64,000 nt of DNA from Bacteroidales bacterium (GTDB taxonomy: Bacteria > Bacteroidota > Bacteroidia > Bacteroidales > DTU049), in the NCBI GenBank assembly GCA_026418905.1, contig JAOAAK010000015.1, forward strand, positions 10,595-74,594, written 5' to 3'. The notes below the pieces were generated by a model. That model saw nothing but the letters and a program-made list of their open reading frames with translations, had not been told where the DNA came from and searched no databases. Made by a program: the position numbers and the translations under genes. This document shows positions 58,466 to 64,000 of this stretch, piece by piece. Each line of letters opens with the position of its first letter. Position 1 is the stretch's first letter.

Positions 58466-59062
58466 TTATTTTTTCCAGCGTAAGGTATTGATAATTTTTT
58501 CTATATCTTGAATAGTTCTTTCAATAAAAGGACTGATGGAATCATTGTTAGGAACATGTTCAAAATAAAGTGCACCTCTTAAATAATGCTTCGTACTATC
58601 ACTTACATAAAATTGAAAAGGTGAAGCTACAGTTTGACCTTCTATGTGGTAAGTCATTCCAAACATTTTTTTGTCGTAGCTCAAGATAGGATTTTCAATG
58701 ATGTTATTAGCTTTTTGAATATGCTTATATACAAAATCTCTTGCATCTTCGGCCAATTGAGGAAAATTACCCCTTACAGGACGATAGCTTAAATTTACTC
58801 GAGCTTTAAAAACAGGAAATACTAAATCCCACCAAAAAGCTGTGGGTTCCTTGGAAGTTTTTTTCTCAAAATATGCATAATTCGGGATGGAGCAAGTAAA
58901 AAAAGGAATAGAATCGATGAAGACCCATTTTTCCTGAGGTAACTGCAACCTAAAATAGCCATATGGCTTAGGAAAAATCTGAGGTGTTTTCTTGCATCCA
59001 AATCCTAACATGGCAAGTATGATGAAAATGAAGTATAAAACATTAATCTTTGTTGTCTTCAT
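58466..59062 (-). CDS. gldD: Gliding motility lipoprotein GldD
   Basis: Lipobox MLGFGC followed by PKPYGYFRLQLP. Located immediately downstream of gldE, as in Flavobacterium. Confidence 0.8.
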   Translation of the reverse strand: MKTTKINVLYFIFIILAMLGFGCKKTPQIFPKPYGYFRLQLPQEKWVFIDSIPFFTCSIPNYAYFEKKTSKEPTAFWWDLVFPVFKARVNLSYRPVRGNFPQLAEDARDFVYKHIQKANNIIENPILSYDKKMFGMTYHIEGQTVASPFQFYVSDSTKHYLRGALYFEHVPNNDSISPFIERTIQDIEKIINTLRWKK

Positions 59063-60305
59063 GTTGAATAGTCATCTTTACATTTCCAATTCGATAATCA
59101 AACATGCTCAAAACGGTAAAAGTGACATTCTTAAAAGGAATGATTTGATTTTTAGAAGGAAAATCTCCGTTAAGAAGAAGTAAAACCCCAGCGAGAGTCT
59201 CTACTTCCTCATCCATACCATCAAAAAAATCATCAGGAAAATGAGTAATTTTTAAAAAATCATGGAGAGGAATTTTAGCATCAAAAATGTAGGTATCATC
59301 ATCCACTTTTTTGGCATAAATTTGATCACTTTCCTGATCATGTTCGTCGTCAATTTCTCCTACTATTTCTTCTAGAATATCCTCCATCGTAACCAAGCCA
59401 CTCGTGCTTCCGTATTCATCTACGACAATAGCCATATGAATTTTTCTTTGCTGAAAACTGATAAGTAATTTGGAAAGTTTGAGGTTTTCAGGTACAAAAA
59501 AAGGTTCTCGTATCTTACTTTTCCAATTTGCTTGATTTTCTGGCAATAATGAAATAAGATCTTTCAGATAAATGACACCTATAATGTTATCTAGATTATC
59601 CTCATAGACTGGAAAACGAGAATAACCTGCGTTAATCATCAAACGAAGAACATCTTGAAAAGACCATGTGGCATTTATAGCAACAATATCCAAGCGAGCT
59701 CGCATTACATCACTTACTTCAAGATCTCTGAAATTCAGTACACCCTTTATCCACTGACGTTCAACTTCTTCTTCCTTATTGTCCATTTCAGCATGGGCTA
59801 TAGCTTCTCCAATGTCGTGTAAGGAAATTACATCTTTTTTCCCCAGCCGGTCTGAATAATGTTTTCGTGAAAACGGGAAAAAGAAAAAAAAGAGTCTTAT
59901 CCCCCACTCAAGAGGTAAAAGCAAGAAAAAAGACATTTTAAAGCACATCAATGCATTTGATCTCAAAAAGAAAAAAGGAATCCATTCAAGAAATATAAAG
60001 TACAATACTAAGGATGCCGTAAAAACATACAATATCAAGTATTCGTTTAACTCAAAAAAAATAGTCATAAGAAATAGAATATTAAGAAGCCCAGCAATAA
60101 TAAAAACCAACTTCAATATGTTAAATGAAATGAGCAAAAAAACGGGTTCTTGAACAAATTTTCGTGCTAAAGCATCGAAAAAACCAAGTTTTTTCCCTTC
60201 AAAACTTTGTAAATTAAGCCGAAAAAAGCCATTTTCAGATATACGTAACAAACTAAGAATAAGCAATATAAAACTAAGGCTCAGGGTTGCTAAAAAAAAT
60301 TCCAT
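59043..60305 (-). CDS. gldE: Gliding motility-associated protein GldE (DUF21-CBS-CorC_HlyC)
   Basis: N-terminal DUF21 TM domain, a CBS pair and a C-terminal CorC/HlyC domain. The ssb-gldE-gldD synteny is present. Confidence 0.8.
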   Translation of the reverse strand: MEFFLATLSLSFILLILSLLRISENGFFRLNLQSFEGKKLGFFDALARKFVQEPVFLLISFNILKLVFIIAGLLNILFLMTIFFELNEYLILYVFTASLVLYFIFLEWIPFFFLRSNALMCFKMSFFLLLPLEWGIRLFFFFFPFSRKHYSDRLGKKDVISLHDIGEAIAHAEMDNKEEEVERQWIKGVLNFRDLEVSDVMRARLDIVAINATWSFQDVLRLMINAGYSRFPVYEDNLDNIIGVIYLKDLISLLPENQANWKSKIREPFFVPENLKLSKLLISFQQRKIHMAIVVDEYGSTSGLVTMEDILEEIVGEIDDEHDQESDQIYAKKVDDDTYIFDAKIPLHDFLKITHFPDDFFDGMDEEVETLAGVLLLLNGDFPSKNQIIPFKNVTFTVLSMFDYRIGNVKMTIQHEDNKD

Positions 60306-60317
60306 GTTTTTTAGATA

Positions 60318-60770
60318 CTAAAAAGGCAAATCGTCATCTTCAGAACCGAAATCTTCTAATAATTGATCATTCTGAGCTGAAATATCATCATTGGTGGATT
60401 TACCGTAGTTTTCTGCTTGAGCCATGGCAGTAGCTCCATCTTGTTTATTTCCTAGCAAAATAAGGGAATCTACCAATATTTCTGTAATGCGTCTTCTAAC
60501 ATTGTCTTTGTCATCGTATTCCCTATAGCGAATTCTGCCTTCAACAAGAAGTGGAGACCCCTTGCGGACAAAACCTTCTACAATCTCCACCAGATTGCCC
60601 CACACCACAATATTGTGCCATTCAGTATTTTCTTTGATGAGACCATCTCTATCTCTGTATCTGTCGGTAGTAGCCAGTGAAAAAGTAGCCCTTTTTCTTC
60701 CATCAAAAGATTGAATTTCAGGATCACGTCCGACATTACCTGCTAAAATTACTTTATTAAATCCCTTCAT
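60318..60770 (-). CDS. ssb: Single-stranded DNA-binding protein
   Basis: OB fold (NKVILAGNVGRDPE...TEWHNIVVWG) and the acidic tip DDDLPF. Confidence 0.95.
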   Translation of the reverse strand: MKGFNKVILAGNVGRDPEIQSFDGRKRATFSLATTDRYRDRDGLIKENTEWHNIVVWGNLVEIVEGFVRKGSPLLVEGRIRYREYDDKDNVRRRITEILVDSLILLGNKQDGATAMAQAENYGKSTNDDISAQNDQLLEDFGSEDDDLPF

Positions 60771-60773
60771 AAG

Positions 60774-61226
60774 TTATACATTTGATGATAAAATTGCCTT
60801 TACTATTTCGGAAAGCATTTTATTATCCACTTGACCAGCCATTTCTTGGAGTGCTACGCTCATGACTTTACCCATGTCTTTCATCGACGTAGCACCTACT
60901 CGTTGCACAATGTCCTTTACGCGTGCTTCAATTTCTTCCTTTGAAAGCATGGCGGGCAGATAGGATTTAATGATTTCTGCCTGAAACATTTCTTTCTCAT
61001 ACAGGTCATTTCTTCCTTCGTTTTTGAAGATTTCAGCGGCTTCCAAACGTTGTTTGAGCAAGCGTTGCAATATCTGCAGTTCTTTCTCTCGGGAGATGTC
61101 TTTAGAGCCAGAGGCTTTCTCTAGTAATAAGGCTGCTTTGATGGCTCGCAATGCTTCGAGCTTTCGATGGTTTTGATTCTTCATTTCCTGCATGATATCC
61201 TTACTTACCTGATCTATCAACGACAT
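60774..61226 (-). CDS. GatB/YqeY domain protein
   Basis: 150 aa with a YqeY-like pattern (LEALRAIKAALLLEKA...AEIIKSYLP). Confidence 0.85.
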   Translation of the reverse strand: MSLIDQVSKDIMQEMKNQNHRKLEALRAIKAALLLEKASGSKDISREKELQILQRLLKQRLEAAEIFKNEGRNDLYEKEMFQAEIIKSYLPAMLSKEEIEARVKDIVQRVGATSMKDMGKVMSVALQEMAGQVDNKMLSEIVKAILSSNV

Positions 61227-61233
61227 GGTTGCA

Positions 61234-62223
61234 TTATTTTAAAATATGATCGATAATATACTTAACAATTTGGACGGCATTGGTAGCAGCACCTTTACGA
61301 AGGTTATCTGCAACGATCCAAAGGTTAAACGTATTTTCACGAAATGGATCTTGACGTACACGACCTACAAACACTTCATTGCGATCTTTAGCGTAGAGAG
61401 GCATAGGATAAACATTATTTATGGGATCATCCTGCAGGACTACTCCCGGGGTTTCAGCAATTAATTGTTTGAACATTTCAAGGGAGCAAGGAGAACGTAA
61501 TTCAACGTTGACCGATTCTGAATGCCCTCCAATGACAGGAACCCGAACTACTGTAGGTGAGACCTCTATGCTTGAATCTTGAAAAATTTTTCTTGTTTCA
61601 TGAATAAGTTTTTCCTCTTCGGTGGTATAACCGTTAGGTAAAAACTTACCTGCATGTGGTAAGCAATTCATATCAATAGGGTATGGGTATGCTTTTTCAA
61701 CCATTTCTTGGTTGCGCTCTCCCATGAGTTGTCTTACAGCTGCCATACCAGTTCCTGTTACACTTTGGTATGTTGAAACAACAATTCGACGTATGCCGCA
61801 AATCTGATATATGCGAGAGAGAGTTAGTACCATCTGAATTGTCGAACAATTCGGATTGCTAATAATTCTAGTATCTGTATTAATCAAATGTGCATTAATT
61901 TCAGGAATAACAAGGGGAATATTTTCATGCATTCGCCAATAAGAACTATTGTCCACTACGAAACATCCCTGCTCAGCAAACCTTGGTGCATAATCAGCCG
62001 ACACTTCAGACCCTGCAGAAAATATGGCTATATCTGGTTTTTCTACCAAAGCCGTTTCAATATCCCTTACTATAAGGGGTTCTTTGTTGAAAAAAATTTC
62101 ACTTCCTACAGATCTGGCAGATGCTACGGGAATAATCTTCTCAAAAGTCAAGTTGTAGTCATTCAACACTTCAAAAACTTCTCTTCCCACCAGACCTGTA
62201 GCACCTACGATGCAAAGCTTCAT
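61234..62223 (-). CDS. asd: Aspartate-semialdehyde dehydrogenase
   Basis: IVGATGLVGRE NAD(P) loop and the catalytic NPNCSTI. Confidence 0.95.
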   Translation of the reverse strand: MKLCIVGATGLVGREVFEVLNDYNLTFEKIIPVASARSVGSEIFFNKEPLIVRDIETALVEKPDIAIFSAGSEVSADYAPRFAEQGCFVVDNSSYWRMHENIPLVIPEINAHLINTDTRIISNPNCSTIQMVLTLSRIYQICGIRRIVVSTYQSVTGTGMAAVRQLMGERNQEMVEKAYPYPIDMNCLPHAGKFLPNGYTTEEEKLIHETRKIFQDSSIEVSPTVVRVPVIGGHSESVNVELRSPCSLEMFKQLIAETPGVVLQDDPINNVYPMPLYAKDRNEVFVGRVRQDPFRENTFNLWIVADNLRKGAATNAVQIVKYIIDHILK

Positions 62224-62236
62224 AACTTATTTTATG

Positions 62237-62244
62237 CAAATGTA
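62237..62244 (-). promoter_or_regulatory. Bacteroidota -7 promoter box (TACATTTG) for asd
   Basis: Perfect TAnnTTTG on the minus strand, 13 nt upstream of the asd ATG. Confidence 0.45.
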
Positions 62245-62250
62245 CATTAA

Positions 62251-62278
62251 TTTTTTGCAATTTTATATGTGCAAAAAA
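62251..62278. repeat. Perfect 9-bp inverted repeat TTTTTTGCA-n10-TGCAAAAAA in the asd / nitroreductase divergent promoter region
   Basis: Read directly from the sequence. It lies just upstream of the asd -7 box and could be an operator. Confidence 0.4.
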
Positions 62279-62349
62279 TCGACTTGTAACATTGAAACAA
62301 ACTATCCATTTATTTATCCAAGTTTTTAAAAACTACGTATATTTATTTC

Positions 62350-63021
62350 ATGAAACTGAAATTCTTTATTGCCTTTCCATTATTATTGATTTCCACCATG
62401 TCGGCAAAATGTCAGTCTATGCAAAATAACACCCGTGAAATTGTATTACCTCTCCCTCGTAAAACAGGAAACATGAGTGTTGAAGAAGCTCTATTCAAGC
62501 GAAGATCAATAAGACACTACAAGAATGATTCTCTAACCTTGGAAGAAGTTTCGCAAATTCTTTGGGCAGCCTACGGGGTTACGGAAGGCCGCAAAAAAAC
62601 ATGTCCTTCAGCTGGGGCTACATACCCTCTTGTCATTTATCTTTTGGCAGGCGAAGTTCAATCGCTTCACACCGGTCTTTATCGTTATGATCCATACACT
62701 CACTCCATCAAATTACTTATCCAGAAAGATCTTAGAAAATCACTTACTGAAGCATCTTTACAGCAAGATTATATTTTACACGCGCCTGCTAGTATTATCA
62801 TTGCAGCCGATTTCCAGAAAACTATGCGTTATTATGGTCAAAGAGGAGAACGTTATGTCTACATGGAAGTAGGTCATTGCGGGCAAAACATTCATTTGCA
62901 ATGCGAAGCACTTCAGATGGGAACTGTAGTCATCGGAGCCTTCGATGATGCCGACGTAAAAAAATTATTGCAAATCAAAGAAGAACCTATGTACATCATG
63001 CCAATTGGGAGAAAACCATGA
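62350..63021 (+). CDS. SagB-type (nitroreductase superfamily) dehydrogenase with N-terminal signal peptide
   Basis: RRSIRHY, CPSAGATYPLVIYLL and YRYDPYTHSIKLL fit the SagB-type dehydrogenase domain. The N-terminus is MKLKFFIAFPLLLISTMSAKC. Confidence 0.8.
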   Translation: MKLKFFIAFPLLLISTMSAKCQSMQNNTREIVLPLPRKTGNMSVEEALFKRRSIRHYKNDSLTLEEVSQILWAAYGVTEGRKKTCPSAGATYPLVIYLLAGEVQSLHTGLYRYDPYTHSIKLLIQKDLRKSLTEASLQQDYILHAPASIIIAADFQKTMRYYGQRGERYVYMEVGHCGQNIHLQCEALQMGTVVIGAFDDADVKKLLQIKEEPMYIMPIGRKP

Positions 63022-63431
63022 ACCAATATTTATTACTTCTAATTTTAGATTTTTTTTTCATAATCTTTCATACCCTTTTGATTGCATTTAATTTGTTTGG
63101 TTGGATGTTCAAAAAAACTAGGTTTCTAAATTTTCTGACACTACAAGCCACTGCTTTCTCGTGGTTTATTTTAGGAATATGGTATGGCTGGGGCTATTGC
63201 TTTTGCACAGACTGGCATTGGGAAATTCGTTATGCCTTAGGAAAACCGATGCTAGAAAGTTCCTATACGGCTTTTCTATTTAGAAGCATTACGGGAATTC
63301 AAGTACCTTCTTTCATCATGGATATGATTACTTTAATCGGATTTCTCATTGCGTATGGTATCAGCACATATCTTCAGGTAAGAAAATGGATCTTAAAGGC
63401 TAAGATGTTAAAACAACAAACAAAAGGTTAA
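63018..63431 (+). CDS. DUF2784-like membrane protein
   Basis: ATGA overlap with the upstream gene. Four predicted TM helices and a conserved-looking GYCFCTDWHWEIRYALG loop. The family call is tentative. Confidence 0.6.
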   Translation: MNQYLLLLILDFFFIIFHTLLIAFNLFGWMFKKTRFLNFLTLQATAFSWFILGIWYGWGYCFCTDWHWEIRYALGKPMLESSYTAFLFRSITGIQVPSFIMDMITLIGFLIAYGISTYLQVRKWILKAKMLKQQTKG

Positions 63432-63499
63432 TCGGTTGATTATTTTGAATATTGCAAAGCATTTACTTTTTTTAATATTGATCGCAAAAAGCAAGCGTT

Positions 63500-64000
63500 A
63501 TGCGTTTCAACATTTATTTGCTTACCATCGAATTAATATTTTCAGCATACTTAAGTGCCCAGAAACTAAAAATAAAGCAAGGAGATTTGCTTTTTCAGTA
63601 TATTGATTGTGGAGCTTTATGTGATGCTATCAATAGAGTAACACCAAGCTTCCAAGGACGTCACTTTAATCATGTTGGTATTGTTGTGAAAACAGACTCC
63701 GGCTATAAAATTCTCGAGGCCGTTAGCAAAGGTGTTTGCCTGACACCTCTTGAAGATTTTATTGAACGATCTGGAAAAGAGAATATCCTCAGAGGCAGAG
63801 TGCCAAGAAAATATCGTCACCACGTTTCCAATTTTTTACATTACCTGAAGAAACCTTACGACACGATATTTCTTCTCAACAATGAAGCATATTATTGCAG
63901 TGAATTAGCTTACGAACTTTTTCGGGATAGAAAAGGAAAACATTTCTTTCACATATATCCCATGACCTTTAAGGACCCTCTCACACAAACCACAGACTCA
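63500..64000 (+). CDS. YiiX/YaeF-family permuted papain-like enzyme (partial, runs off window end)
   Basis: Not in the ORF track because it has no stop in the window. ATG 63500 is followed by a signal peptide MRFNIYLLTIELIFSAYLSAQ. The blocks GDLLFQ, FNHVGIVV, ILEAVSKGVCLTPLEDFI and YLKKPYDTIFLLNNEAYYCSELAYELF align with E. coli YiiX blocks. Confidence 0.85.
   Translation, partial: MRFNIYLLTIELIFSAYLSAQKLKIKQGDLLFQYIDCGALCDAINRVTPSFQGRHFNHVGIVVKTDSGYKILEAVSKGVCLTPLEDFIERSGKENILRGRVPRKYRHHVSNFLHYLKKPYDTIFLLNNEAYYCSELAYELFRDRKGKHFFHIYPMTFKDPLTQTTDS

Noticed and set aside
1-64000. Whole-window search for a defence, mobile or otherwise accessory system: CRISPR repeats, transposase/integrase/recombinase, reverse transcriptase, restriction-modification, toxin-antitoxin pairs, phage genes, tRNA/rRNA.
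   Set aside because: None found. Every ORF of 60 aa or more that is not antisense to a better gene has a housekeeping or envelope-type assignment or is a plain secreted or membrane hypothetical. The intergenic spacers are too short for arrays, apart from the three gaps reported as findings, and those contain no periodic repeats.

Overview
This 64-kb window is from a low-GC Bacteroidota chromosome. The lineage call rests on a T9SS C-terminal-sorting-domain cargo protein, gldD-gldE, DUF4270/DUF4783/DUF5686-type proteins, TAnnTTTG -7 promoter boxes 9-25 nt upstream of many start codons, and an almost complete lack of Shine-Dalgarno sequences. I call about 70 tightly packed CDS, two of them partial at the window edges, and nearly all are housekeeping. 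They include an ECF sigma operon, panB, aroC-aroE-aroK, guaB, three SurA/PpiC-type chaperones, MoxR, a U32 peptidase, alkaline phosphatase, a four-subunit 2-oxoacid:ferredoxin oxidoreductase, hemW, purF, an AOR-family oxidoreductase and glmS. They also include nadC, radA, an ADP-forming acyl-CoA synthetase, lysC, aspS, thrS-infC-rpmI-rplT, a PnuC vitamin-uptake module, gap, PTPS-folE, rplU-rpmA, gldD-gldE, ssb and asd. I found no rRNA, tRNA, CRISPR array, transposase or integrase, phage gene or recognisable defence gene, so I cannot support a self-contained novel system in this window. The parts the gene calls do not explain are these. (1) Three unusually long non-coding gaps (6839-7112, 45711-46236, 51198-51754); the last lies directly downstream of rplT, where a Bacteroidales small-RNA motif has been described. 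(2) infC has a non-AUG start, and infC and rplT carry two strong AGGAGG sites in an otherwise SD-poor genome. (3) There are several uncharacterised, translationally coupled gene sets: sigma/membrane protein/T9SS cargo, YkoF-like/PnuC/kinase, and exported SagB-type nitroreductase/DUF2784/YiiX. (4) The AOR-family enzyme is divergent. Several ORF-track starts are TTG/GTG artefacts, and some of those TTGs are the end of a -7 promoter box; I moved them to downstream ATGs by codon offset. Coordinates of short non-coding motifs were hand-counted and may be off by 1-2 nt.
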